64,000 nucleotides of DNA from Octopus bimaculoides (lineage: Eukaryota). The DNA is taken from contig NC_068999.1 in assembly GCF_001194135.2 (NCBI RefSeq), positions 32,953,910-33,017,909 on the forward strand. Direction: 5' to 3'. Positions 13,330 to 25,760 of this stretch are shown here, one piece after another (within the stretch, counting starts at the first letter, position 1; the number at the start of each line of letters is the position of its first letter). The position numbers and the translations under genes were made by a program. Under the pieces are notes generated by a model that saw only the letters and a program-made list of their open reading frames with translations, had not been told where the DNA came from and made no database searches.

Positions 13330-13890
13330 TATTGAGTGAGAGAGCAGTGCATGCCATCACAGTGACCCAGGAGTACAAATATATGAAGCCCAATATACCC
13401 ATCTGATAAGAACACCAGGCACACACATCACAACCATATGTGCATGACATGGTCATCTCATATCAAGATAAACAGCACATCAGCTTGCAGGTGGGACCCA
13501 GTTAGAATGTTTTTCAGGTTGAGTATCCCATCCTGTTCAAAGGTCCCTGAATAAAGGTTGCTTCAGGATGTTGAATGAAACACCTGTGTTTCCAGAGGTG
13601 AATTATTCAAACCCCAAAAGAATTCCTCTCAGCACATGGCTATGATGCTCCCCCACTATTTCTGCTTGTGATCAGAGATGCACATATCATTACCCACAAA
13701 GGGACATGCTCAACTAGTTATGGTCAAACAATTGACAAGCAAATCTGTGGTATTGAGCAGAATATTTGCTGTAGCCCCATGTTTTACTCTCCAAGACAAA
13801 ACATGTACATGGTAATACTCCTAATCAGCTAACATCAGAAGACATGAGAGCCACTGTCTGGTACCGCATCAGGGCAGTTATTATTATTAA
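13330..13890. mobile_element. Unclassified ~560-bp insertion embedded in (TTA)n on both sides
   Basis: Bounded by ttattattattattatt (~13315-13333) and gttattattattaa (~13877-13890), and splits a SINE array. Only one copy is in the window. Confidence 0.4.
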
Positions 13891-14620
13891 GGTGGCGAGC
13901 TGGCAGAATCATCAGCACCCCGGGCAAAATGCTTAGTGGCATTTTGGTGTCTTTACATTCTGTGTTCAAATTCTGTCATGGTCGACTTCGCCCTTCATCC
14001 TTTCAAGGTCAGTAAAATAAGTTCCAGTTGTGTATTGGGATTGATGTAATTGACTATCCCTCTTCTCCAAATTTCAGGCCTAGTGCTTATAGTAGAAAGG
14101 ATTATTATTATTGTTATTCCGCGGAGTTCGACTTTACCTTTCATCCTTTCTGGGTCGATAAATTAAGTACCAGTGTAACACTGGGAGTTACGTACTAAAC
14201 TAGTCCTCTCCCCCAAAATTTCAGGCCTTGTGCCTTTCGTAGAAAGGATTATTATTACTGAAGGTAGCAAGCTGGCAGAATCATTAGCATGCCAGGCAAA
14301 ATGTTTAGTGGTATTTCACTCATCTTTACATTCTGAGTTCAAATTCCACCGAGGTCAGCTTTGCTTTTCATCCTTTTGGGGTTGATAAATTAAGTACCAG
14401 TGAAACACTGGGCTTGATATAATCGACTTGTTCCCTCTCCTCAAATTTCAGCCCTTGTCCCTTTAGTAGAAAAGATTATTATTATTATTCTGCAGAGGTC
14501 GACTTTGCCTTTCATCCTTTCAGGATCAATAAAGTACCAGTGAAATACTGGGGTTGATGTAATCAACTTCTCCTCTGTCCTAAAATTTCAGGCATTGTGC
14601 CTATGATCGAAAAATTAGTA
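13891..14620 (+). mobile_element. (ATT)n-tailed SINE array (4 head-to-tail copies, some 5'-truncated)
   Basis: Unit ggtggcgagctggcagaatc..aaatgcttag..gagttcaaatt..ctttcatccttt..aagtaccag..agtagaaaggattattatt recurs four times. Confidence 0.85.
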
Positions 14621-15679
14621 GTAGTAGCAGTATTTGGTGGTGCTTTGTTTCTTTAATAAAAACCAACTTTATATGAAGGACCTGGTTCCTAACGAAGAAA
14701 TAAATCTCCATTGCTGGATGTGTGTGTGTGTACATATGCATACATTGTATGCATGCATTTGTATGCGTGATATTGAATCAGGAATAATGTGTTGATAATG
14801 AACGATACAGAGAAATTGTTTTTTCTTTTGTTTTTCATTTTGTTGGTTTCTTGCAAGTAAGTCGAAGTTTTAAAGGAGATATTTCTTATTGAATCAAAAC
14901 TGAAATCGATCTGTGCATGCTCACATGTACACACAAACACATACACTCATCATATATGTAAAATATCGCACACATTGAAATAGATTCTTGCATATATATT
15001 TTGACTGAAATAATCTAATCTCTCGCACTCTCATTTTGGCAGGCAGACATACAAATGCAGCATCACACACACTCATACACACTTGTTCTTGCAAAGATAC
15101 ATATGCAACATCTCTCTCTCTCGCTCTCTCTCACACATTTGCTTTTTCTTAAAGTGACACACACATACACGTTCAACATTACTCTCACACACACACAAGC
15201 TCCCCTCCTGCCTTCTCACATACCAATATAGCATCTATCGATCCTCTATTGGTTATTTTGTTGAGATATGATGGATGACTTCACGCTGCCCTGCCTGTCA
15301 CCACTCCCACCTCCTCCATCACCACTGTCTATCACTATTGTACACTGATCTCCGCATCCATCTGCCAGCCTCCTTCTCCCTGGGTCTGTTGTCATGGTGT
15401 TGCCCGTCTGTGAGTTCTTCACATTAACAACAACCACAATACTGATTTACATAATGGCTTAAAAGCAAGGTTTCAACCTCCCTCCCTTTCTCCCTCACAC
15501 CACTCTCTTTCATTGCTTTTTACCCTCTGCCTATTATTATTATTATTCCTACTAAGTTTATTGTTATTATGATGTTTATAGTTATGGTTATTGTGGACTT
15601 TATTGTTATTATAGTTTTTATTACTATTTATTGTGCCTAAAATTAGAAACAATTAAAAATTATTATTATTATTATTATT

Positions 15680-16490
15680 AGGCTAGTGGATTGGCAGAAT
15701 TGTTAGATCATTGGACAGACTACCTTGCAATATATGGTTTTGCCCTTTATATTTTGGATTCAAATCCTGCCGAGCTCAACTTTGCTTTACTTCCCTCCAC
15801 CACTCAAATACTCAGGTTGCCATAATTGACTCCTCCTTCTTTCCTTATGCTTATGTTTGAAATTATTATTATTACTATTAATATTAAGTTTGCAAGCTGG
15901 AAGAAATACTTAGCGGTATTTCTTCTCAGTTCAAATTCTGCTGAAGTCAACTTTGCTTTTCATCCTTTCTAGGTCGATAAAATAAGTATCAGTTGAGTAC
16001 TGAGGGTCAATGTTATCAGTTTACTCCCTCCCATGAAATTGCTGGTCTTGTGCCAAAATTTGAAACTATTGTTACTATTATAGTACCAGTAGAACACTGG
16101 GGTCGATGTAATCGACTCCTCCCTTCCCCCAAAATTGCTGCCCTTGTGACAAAATTTGAAATCATTATTATTATGACGATGATGAAGGTGGTGAACTGGC
16201 AGAATCATTAGCACTCCGGTAAAAGTCTTCTGGCTCATTATGTTCTGTGTTCAAATGCTGCCAAGGTTACCCATGCCTTTCATCCTTTCAGGGTGAATAA
16301 ATAAGTACCAGTCAAGTACAATGCAATCAACTACTCCCCACTCCCTCAAAATTGCTAGCCTCATGCTAAAAGTAGAAAGAATTATTATTATTATGAAGAT
16401 GATTAGCTGGCAGAATTGTTAGCTCATCAGACAAAATGCTTAGCGACGTTTCTTCTAGTTCTTTACATTCAGAGTTCAGACTCTGCCAAA
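15680..16490 (+). mobile_element. (ATT)n-tailed SINE array (~5 partial copies)
   Basis: Same motifs repeated with (ATT)n spacers, abutting the Tx1/L1 remnant. Confidence 0.8.
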
Positions 16491-16604
16491 AAAAGGTGTT
16501 TAAAAGGGCCTGTTAGAAAACATTCACCAGTAGAGAAGTCTGGAACATCTGGGCTTCTCAAAAATCAAGGTGAGTAGCCTCCTCTTTTTCTTTCTCCAAC
16601 TAGC

Positions 16605-18900
16605 ATGACCATGCTGAGAGTGCAATGTGTGAATGTTCATGATCTGGAGTTAGCTTGGAAGCAAGGTCACTTGATTTAGATGTCGCCACCATTTCTGAAA
16701 CAAGAATTTCCAGAAAACAACCTCTGGTGTCCATTTTGAAGACTGAAAAGATATTCTCATCCTGTGGTCTTTCAGAGCAGGTGGTGGTGTAGCTGTGCTA
16801 TTCTGGAAATCCTTACATCTCCAAGTATTGGCATTTTCTTGGACCTGGAGAGTAAGGTGGTGGCCCTGGACGTGATTGTCAGTGAAGGTGGCGTCTTTAA
16901 ACTGTTTGCTGTTTATGTTCCACAAGGGGCTGGAAAACCAGATTTCTTAAAGGGTCTAGAAACATTATTGGAAACATCTTACACTTTAGTACTAGTGGGG
17001 GGCTGTAGGATACACAGAAGGACTGTGTGAGTCTTGTACATAGCAGAAGTGGGTGTAAAAGCCTTGGTAATCTGTCAGAAACTTACAGCTGTCTGATAGG
17101 TACCAACAGGAATTCCTTGACATGCCACTGTGGAAATGGTGCAACCATTACAGGTCATCCTGAACAACTAGATTTTTAGATAAGAGGATAGGGACAGTAT
17201 AGGTTGTCCACAATTCAAATTGGTTGGCTACTCAGAGCACAAGTTTGCGATCTGCACAGTCAATTTAGATACGACCCAGTTACTGGAAGTTGAACAAGTC
17301 CTTACTGGCATGCAAAAACCTAGAAGAATTAGTAAAGGTATCGCAACCAATGTGCTAGTGGCATGAATGACCTTGACCTTTTTTCTTTTTTTTTTTGAGG
17401 AGAAACAAAAGCTGTTTTGTCAGAGTTAAGTCTGGTGTGCTCAAACACAAAGGAACTAAAGTCATCTGATGAGCCTGAATGGTGGAGATGCAGCATGGCA
17501 ACAAGACTACAGTCAAATCTTTAACAGTTCAGGACAGGTGCATGCTACTTGGTTACGAGCATATGCATGTGGCTTTCCAGCAGTTCTTTGTGTGGCTGTT
17601 TGGGGAGGGCAACGGGTCAATGGCAGTAGTGGGCTTTAGTTTGTACCTGCAGCTCTCAGCAGCAGCAGCAGACACAAGGTTCTGCAAAAAAGCCGATAAC
17701 AGACACTGAAGTACAGGAGGCAATGAACAACAGCACAGGTAATAAATCACCTGGTTTGGATGGTCTGCCCTATGAATTCTGTGTTCATGCCATATTTGAT
17801 GGCTTCTAGGCTGACATCTACCATAACTGGCAGCAGAATGGGAGAATTGCTAGTGCTGTTAGTCGGGGCGTGGTAATACTGTTGAGGAAGTATGCCAACA
17901 ATGGAGATTTTCTAGGGAATTTTCAGTCCATAACTGTTAAACACAGATTTGGGCCAAGGTGTTCATGAAAAGGTGGTGCTTATTATCATGAGTATGGTCA
18001 GGGAAGCACAAACGTGCGCAATCCTCAACAGGTCTATCCATGACAACCTCCACCATCTTAGAGAGGGATGGGACTAAAGCTAGCTTTGGTGGGACCCTGG
18101 TCAATTTGGATCAGTCCAAAGCATTCGATAGAGTTGATCATGGAAGCTATCCTCAGACTGGATTGCTGCAATGCACAGCAACACCAAATTGGTGGTCAAA
18201 ATAAACAGCTACCTAATAGACACATTTCACATCATACACATGGTCTATCAGGGCTGCCCACTGTCACCTCTTCTGTATGTACTGGCTCTTGAGCCATTGC
18301 TGCCTGCAGAAGTTGGAACTGGTAAGGAGCATCCCTTTCAAACTGGGACAAAGGAGGGCAGTGTCAGCATGTGTGGATGACATCACCATCATGGTGTAGG
18401 ATGCATTCTAAAGAAACATGTGTTGGCTGTAGGGGTGAAAATCAATCCCAACAAGTCAATGGGCTTGCCACTGGGTACCTGGAGAGGCAGGTCAATGCTG
18501 TCAGACAGTGGCATCAGATGCTAGACTGAGAGACTAGTTAAACTACTTGGTGTCTGGTTTGGTCCCAATCTCCGAGTTGATAAGAACTGGGATGAGGTGA
18601 TGAACAGGGTGGCCAGTCTTATCCAGAAATGGGCAGAGAGAAAGTTGTCTCTGAAAGGTTGGACAAAGGTGGAAAATGCCTCCATTGTCTCCGTCATCAT
18701 TTATTGCCTCATCATCATGCTTTGCCCCAGTTACTGCTTGATCAGATTGGAGCATCTCTTGTTTATTTTCTTGTGGAAGGCACACATTCCAATGGTGAGG
18801 CAGTCAGTCTGCTGCCTGGAACAATTTCTGGACAGTGAACATGTGTGAGCTCTATTTGTGAGGCGCATCTTTCTGCAGCTCCTCTCTTTTATAGAAGTGT
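16605..18900 (+). mobile_element. Degraded Tx1/L1-clade non-LTR retrotransposon ORF2 (AP endonuclease + reverse transcriptase), with frameshifts and stops
   Basis: Fragments read across frames: MTMLRVQCVNV (APE start, 16605), RAGGGVAVLF, KVVALDVIV..FKLFAVYVPQG, NKSPGLDGLPYEF (~17745), SIHDNLH, NLDQSKAFDRVDH (~18103), QGCPLSPLLYVLALEPLL, SACVDDITIMV (YADD equivalent), VKLLGVWFGP..WAERKLSLKG. Confidence 0.9.
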
Positions 18901-18964
18901 AGTCCTTAGTGAAGGATAGACTGAGACTGGGCGCTGGCACTTATAATGTCGTCAGGCCTATTAT

Positions 18965-20230
18965 GATTAAGGCATCGAGCTGGCAGAATCATTATTGCAC
19001 CAGGCAAAATGCTTAGTGGCATTTCATCCTATTTTATTTGAATTCAAATGCTGCTGAGATCAACTTTGCTTTTCATTCTTTTTGTGTGTGAGGTGGGAGG
19101 TCAATAAAATAAGTACCAGTTGAGCACTGAGGTCAATGTAATCAACTTGCCTCTTGCTCTCGAAAAATACTACCCTTGTGGCAAAATTTGAAACCATTAG
19201 CACGCCAGGTGAAATGCTTAGTGGTATTTCGTCTGCTGCTACGTTCTGAGTTCAAATTCCACCAAGGTCGACTTTGCCTTTCATCCTTTCAGGGTTGATA
19301 AAATTAGCACCAGTTACACACTGGGGTTGATGTAATCAACTTAATCCCTTCCCCCAAATTTGAGGCCTGGTGCTTCCAGTAGAAAGGATTATTATTATTA
19401 TTATTTCAAATTTTAGCACAAGGCCAGCAATTTTTGTGGGAGGGGTTTAGTATATTACATCAACCCCAGTGCTCAAATAGCATTTGCTTTATTGACCTGG
19501 GAAGGCTCCATTAAGTACCCATTGAGCACCAGGGTTGATGAACTAACCACCTTCCCATAAAATTGCTGGCCTTGTGCCAAAATGTAAAACCATTATTATC
19601 GTTACGAAGGCAACAAAATGGTAGAACTGTTCACACACTGGACTTAGCAGCATTTCTTTCAGCTTTACATTCTTTGTTTAAACTCTGCCAAGGTCAACTT
19701 TGCCTTTTATCCTTTCAGAATTGATAAAATAAGTACCAGCTGAGAACTGGGATTGATGTGATCAACTAACCACACTCCCGTATAAAATTTCAGGTCTTGT
19801 GCTTATAGCAGAAAGGATTGTTATTGGAGTGGTGAATGAGAATCAGTGGAGCATCAGATAAAATGCCTAGCAATATCTGGTTGCTTTTTTTTAAAGAATT
19901 GTTATCATGCCATGCAAAATACTTAGTGACATTTCATTTGTCTTTATGTTCTGAGTTCAAATTCCACCAAGACCAACTTTATCTCTCATCCTTTTGGGGT
20001 CAATAAAATAAGTACCAGTTGAGTACTGTGACCAATTTTATTGACCCCACCCCCTGAAATTACTGGCCTTGTACAAAAATTTGCTATTAGTATCTTTAAC
20101 TTGTTGAGTTCAAATCTTTCTGGGGCCAGCTATGCATTTCATTCTTTTGTGGTTAATAAATGTCCTGGGATCAATTTCATTGCCTGTTTCTTCCTCGCAA
20201 AATTTGAACTCTTGTACCTCTATCGGAAAT
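18965..20230 (+). mobile_element. (ATT)n-tailed SINE array (~6 copies, mostly +, one short reverse piece ~19400-19500)
   Basis: Same family motifs. The copy at ~19200-19400 is close to the apparent consensus. Confidence 0.8.
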
Positions 20231-21117
20231 GTTTATCATATTTGCAGATTCAATCCTGATTCTCCCAGGATTTGTAGCAGATTATTTCAGAATACATGAC
20301 CTTTTTCTGCAAACCCATTATCATCCAAATCTCAGTTCCAGTCTCTCTCTTTAACATTTCTTTGTTTTATAGAAATTTTCTTCCATATGGAAGCCTATTG
20401 CTTTGTTTTGATGTAGAAAATTATTAGTATTGGTGTTTATACACAGTGCTAACTTTTTTTTTGGGTGGGGGGTGCATCTTGAACATTAGAACTTCCTTTG
20501 TCAATGGTATGTTTTATTTTCTTGTCTCAGGTAGCCAAATTCCTTACCATATATTATATGTGCAGGCTGCAATATCTAATGCTTTGAGCTAAAACTAATT
20601 CTTAGTTGAAATTACAACCAACAAGGCCAGTGGTTCTGACAGTGTCTCTTGCATTACTTTCAAACATTGTACCACAGAGTTAAGTCCTGGTCCTGACAAC
20701 CCTCAAATATTGTATCATAAAGCTAGTCCCTCTGTTCACTGAACTCCTCAATCTCTCCTTTTCTACAGAAAACTCCTGCTGACTCTCCTGAAGGACAGAT
20801 CTTAAAATAGTCCTCCAATGAAGATATGCTAATTTTGTGTTTTTCAGCAAGAAAACACTACTCAAATCAAGAAAATATCATTGCATCAGACCACACCTTA
20901 ATCATGAAAATCATTCATCTACAGCCCTCACAGTTGCTAGTTGTTGGATCTCATTATTACTGTCAATCTCCTTGACCCTTTAACTTTAAAATTAAATTTC
21001 ATGGTTATTCCAGAACTGATGTTAAATATCTACCAAAAAATAGAAATGATATTTTCTGCAAGTCATATCGCATCAGTCAACTTGATATATTTCAACAAAA
21101 TATAGTTTTAGATACGA

Positions 21118-21510
21118 TCATCATCATCATCATCATCGTTTAATGTCCGCTTTCCATGCTAGCATGGGATGGACGATCTGACTGAGGACTGGTGAATCAG
21201 ATGGCTACACCAGGCTCCAATCTGATTTGCCAGAGTTTCTACAGCTGGATGCCCTTCCCAACGCCAACCACTCTGAGAGTGTAGTGGGTGCTTTTATGTG
21301 CCACCAGCACGAAGGCCAGTCAGGTGGTACTGGCAATGGCCACGCTCAAAATGGTGCATTTTATGTGCCACCTGCACAGGAGCCAGTCCAGCGGCACTGG
21401 CAATGATCTCGCTCAAATGTCTTTACACGTGCCAGGAAACGACGCTGGGCACAGGTGCCATCACGATTTCGCTTTCGCTTGCCCAAACAGGTTTTCGCAA
21501 GCTGAGTTTT
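21118..21510 (-). mobile_element. 3' tail of an RTE-like LINE (or derived SINE) with a (CAT)n end
   Basis: (cat)n cgtttaatgtccgctttccatgctagcatggg..ggatgcccttcccaacgccaaccac. Related copies at ~2945-3015, 4215-4520, 40860-41180, 48700-48790, 59870-60130 and 63590-63780. The RTE assignment is from recollection of the family, not a database search. Confidence 0.7.
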
Positions 21511-21659
21511 GTGTCCAAAATAGATTGGTCTATAACACTGCTTTCTGGTAAGTGTAATGAAATTATGAGTGAATATATCTCATTTTCATTGTAAAAGATT
21601 TAATATAGCTCAGACAACATACTATCAATTGGCTCTTCTCTTCAGAGCCAGAAGACATA

Positions 21660-22110
21660 TCACATACACCCCAACAATTATTGACAACCCTCCTCCTCCA
21701 GATGAGGCCAACAATGGAATATTGCCCCTACATCTGAGACAGTACTACAACTGCACATACTGATGTCCTAAACTTCATCCAGAAAACGGCCAACCAATCG
21801 TCCTTAGAAACACTTTAGCCTCTGGTTTATAGACTTGCCCTCTTAGCCCCTCTGCTTTTTCTATTATTGTAATGGCTGCCACTCCTTGGCTCTACTTAGC
21901 CTTATGCTATTCTCACTCAAGCATTCCTGACTCAATTGTTTCTCCTCCTCCCATCACCCTTGTTGTATCCACCCACTCCCAGGCCTCACATTTATCAACT
22001 ACACCCAAGTCCTACCTTCTCAGAACATTCGCTCTGTGGAACTTCCTTTCTGCTCACGTCTTTCCTGCAGGTGTTTTCTTCGGCTCCAGAACATTAATGG
22101 TATTTATCTC
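21660..22110 (+). mobile_element. L2/CR1-group LINE 3' ORF2 remnant
   Basis: FYYCNGCHSLALLSLM and RTFALWNFLSAHVFP motifs. A possible upstream RT piece (KSPGPDN) lies at ~20682. Confidence 0.6.
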
Positions 22111-22479
22111 ACTGTTCTAGAGGGACTTGCAAAGATCTTGGACCTTACCTCTTCCTCCAAACTCAGCACAAGAAAAAACATGAGAAGAGTAAGGAAAAAT
22201 TTACCTCAGAGACAAGTCCCAAAAAGTTCACTAGACAAAAAATGAAATTGTTTGAGTAGGATTTAATACCTTGTAGTTATGGTGACAATTCTTAGTATGT
22301 TTCAGTTTTATTTAGATCTCTTCAGTGAAACATGGACAACATAATGCTATCTAATCAGAAAGCAACTCAAAGAATGGTTTTATACAGAAGTCTAGTATCT
22401 CATAAAACAAAATTCTTTTCTTTTAATTTTGAGGTAATTTAGTTTTCCTATGTTTTTAATACTGTGCAATTTTGTGTAC

Positions 22480-22905
22480 ACACACACATATCGTTCGATG
22501 TATCTATATGTCGATATATAAGCGTTGTCTGTGACTAAGTTTCTACCTGTCTCAAAGCTTATCCAAGCGGTGTGAACAAGACGAGTTTCACAGTCCATTT
22601 TTATATATTTGGCTTATTGCCAGTATTGAATTCTTTCATCAGTAAATATTTTGTTATCATATAACGTGAGTTCACAACTTGATACACGTGCATATAACTG
22701 TTGGTTAGTTTCTAGGTGTATGTGTAGATGTCTCTGTACTTGTATGAAAGTGTATGTGTATTTGCAAGGAATTGTGTGTATACTTGTATGGAAGGATGTG
22801 TATGTGTTTGATTAGACCTCAGTGTAAGAATACTCGACATTGTGTCACATAATACGTAGATATTGCCACAATGAATTGAGAAGGCTTTGCTTGTGCTACA
22901 CATGC

Positions 22906-22938
<33 letters not shown>

Positions 22939-23120
22939 TACATATACCCGCGCGCGCGCGCATTACAGTAAATTCTATTTCTTGATGGGTATGTGGTTTA
23001 TGTGCTTTAGCTGCCTGTATAGCAACTACCTGTGGCTGGTACTGAGAACACACACACACACAGGTAAAACGACCTGTAGTGATAACGAAAGGAGTATGAT
23101 ATTACACACACATTTATATA

Positions 23121-23151
<31 letters not shown>

Positions 23152-24665
23152 GTATCTCTAGCAGCAGCGCTGTTGTAGAGGACACTGGCAGTTAGTGCTG
23201 CTGTTGCTGCTGCTGATGGTGGTGGTGGCGTTGTTTAGCCCCAGGTTAACCGATTCAGCAGATCTATGAGCAAAGGCAATCCAGTTGTGACTATTATGTC
23301 TCTTTAAGGGTAACTAAGATTATTTTACTTAATGTCTTTTTATTTTATTTAACGCGGTATTATGATTTGAGGGAGATTCGGCTGTTATTTCTAGCAGTCG
23401 AGCGGGTGCATAGAAGCTTCCCTCATTGTTTCAAGATGATGATGATGATGATGGTGGCGGCAGGAATGTTTAACCTGATGCAAGTACTGGGAGTGGGGTA
23501 GTGGTAATTTGCACCGGGAAGACGGCGGCAGCAGCAGCAGCAGCAACGGAGTCGGCGGGTCGACGATAGAATCGCGGGAATAAGAAGGAGGAGGAAAGAG
23601 GAGGAGAAGGATGAGGTGGCTACCAGTGGTGAATAAACTGCAGACGTTGTGGTCGCCTACTAGCGACTGACTTACAACATCATTATCAACAACAGTAGCA
23701 ACAACAAAAACAACTACAACAGGTTACCAAGATGAAACAAACCTCGGACTGCTGACAACACCCTCTCCACTCCTGGGGGGAGGTCTCTCTTTTATATACA
23801 TCTCTCTCTCTTTCTCTCTATCTTTTTATTTGAACAATTAACCTTAATTTTTATTAATCTGTTATACATATATACACATTTCATATTACACAGACGCATA
23901 TACATATTAGCTGGATATATATATATGTGCATGCGTATATATAATTTATATACACAAAGTCAGTAATATATATATTGTAGTAGAGTTGGGGAAGGCGCCC
24001 AACATGATTCGTCAGCGTTGACTTCTACACTGCAACAGATAGATACATAGATAGCCCTCTCTATCTACCTCTACACCCCGATAGGCATAGAAATCTCATT
24101 CTCTGCTTCTCTTTATATATATATTTTGCTCTATCTATTTTTATATATCTCTCCCTATCTATCTGTCTATCTATCTGTGTCTGTCTCTCCGTGTGAAACT
24201 GGTTGTTTTAAAAATCTCTTTTGGAAATGTTTTACCTGCTGCTGTTTGCTGCCACAATTACTTCTTCTACCATCGCTACCACCAACCGTACCTACCTCTA
24301 ACTAAACAACAATATTATAAAGCAGTCTCTGTCACATAATATATAGACATCTTTCTCTCTGTGCATGTCTCTCTCTCTTATTCTCTCTCTCTTGTGTGTC
24401 CCAAACCTCGGCATTCCAATTCTACAATCTGTCGCTAAACAATTTCAACAGTCGGCTTTAAGAAGAGACTTATTCCAGTCTCGGCAGGCTTATGACACTA
24501 CCGATGAAGGCCGTCACGAGGTAGGTGAACATATCTCTCCCTCTCTCTCTCTCTCTTTGTCTACCTATCTATTTTATTTATTTTCATCTCTCTCCGACTC
24601 TTTATCTATCTCTATCGCATTGCTGCAGAACTACACTTACCTTTGCTCCAGCTCTCTCTCTCTCT

Positions 24666-24703
<38 letters not shown>

Positions 24704-25519
24704 CGCCTCTATTTTCATTACCTTAACTGTCTCTCCTCTCCAAACTATTCCCGCACCGACTCCTGCAAACTATTGCGCGCACACACACACACACACACCT
24801 ATATATTTATCTCTCTATCTCACACATATTTTGCAACTAAAGCTTCCCTTACAACTGTAGTACTTGTACTTCGTAAATTTTACAGACTCTCAATTATATT
24901 ACTACTGCTGTTACTACATGTAGTAATAGTAGTACTATATAGTAGTTCCATTGCTAATCCAAACACGCCCACGTTCGATTCTCAACCATTTGCATTGTTT
25001 TTCTTCTGTTTGCCTTCTTTCAATTCTCGATGTCAGTTTAGTAGCAAATGTAATTTTGATTTTCGTATATTTTTGTATAAGTTAAACAACCTATGATGTG
25101 TGTGTGTGACATTGTCAACACTGCTCTCTCTCTCTCTCTCTCTCCCGTACACAAACATTTCTCTCTTCAATAAACCAGTCTTTGGAATGGTTATTCTTTT
25201 ATTTGTTTCAGTCATTTGACTGCGAGAAAAAATAAATAAATAAATAACTGTCTTCTACGAGTGTTTGTTTACCCATGTTGGGTGAACTTAGTGTCTAAGA
25301 ATAGCATTTAATCTAACCATTCTAAATTCCTTGCTAACTCATTTCAGTCATAACCATCATCTCCAGGAAGGATTCCTGTCTTTTATGCAGTCGTGGGGTG
25401 GGTCTGGTGTTAATCAGATCTTCGTAACATGTTGCTTGATGAATCCATTTCCTTAAAAATAATACAATACTTTTGGACGGTATTTTTCTGTTTCGCTCTT
25501 ATAGAATTCTAGGGTGGAT

Positions 25520-25564
<45 letters not shown>

Positions 25565-25760
25565 TGTATTTTCATTTTCTCTGTCGGGTAGCGCTTGTCT
25601 GGATTGTAAGAATACAAGAACTGTTCACTCTGAGCATATTACTTGGGGTACTGCTGAACAAAATGGCGAAGATTTCCAAATCCAGTAATATAGTTTGGGA
25701 TTTATTTTCATGTCTTATTCTGATTCGTCAACAATGGATCTCGCCTTTTTATATTTCACT
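22480..25760. promoter_or_regulatory. CpG-retaining (putatively unmethylated) region; probable internal promoter
   Basis: By eye, CG dinucleotides are frequent here (e.g. cccgcgcgcgcgc ~22950, cggcggcag...gtcggcgggtcgacgatagaatcgcggg 23520-23580, 24410-24520) but scarce in the flanking non-repeat DNA. The region has (CT)n/(CA)n tracts and a strong donor at 24521. CpG density was not computed. Confidence 0.6.
24492..24520 (+). CDS. Candidate coding part of an alternative 5' exon of Dlg (MTLPMKAVT + R across the junction)
   Basis: ATG ACA CTA CCG ATG AAG GCC GTC ACG AG|GTAGGT: strong donor at 24521 in phase 2, matching the PDZ3 exon. There is an in-frame TAA upstream at 24459-24461. The exon lies in the main CpG-retaining region. 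Splicing is inferred, not shown. Confidence 0.55.

Noticed and set aside
21540-21555. TG|GTAAGT donor
   Set aside because: It lies at the edge of an RTE-like tail with no coding frame resembling Dlg.
23011-23069. tttAG...CAG|GTAAAA mini-exon in the CpG island
   Set aside because: There is no ATG in the phase-2 frame (TAG at 23020) and it ends in a (CA)n tract. It could only be non-coding, and nothing supports it beyond the dinucleotides.
24365-25096. 243-aa ORF, the longest gap-free ORF
   Set aside because: Mostly microsatellite-derived (SLSL, THTH). The informative signal is the donor at 24521 in a different frame.
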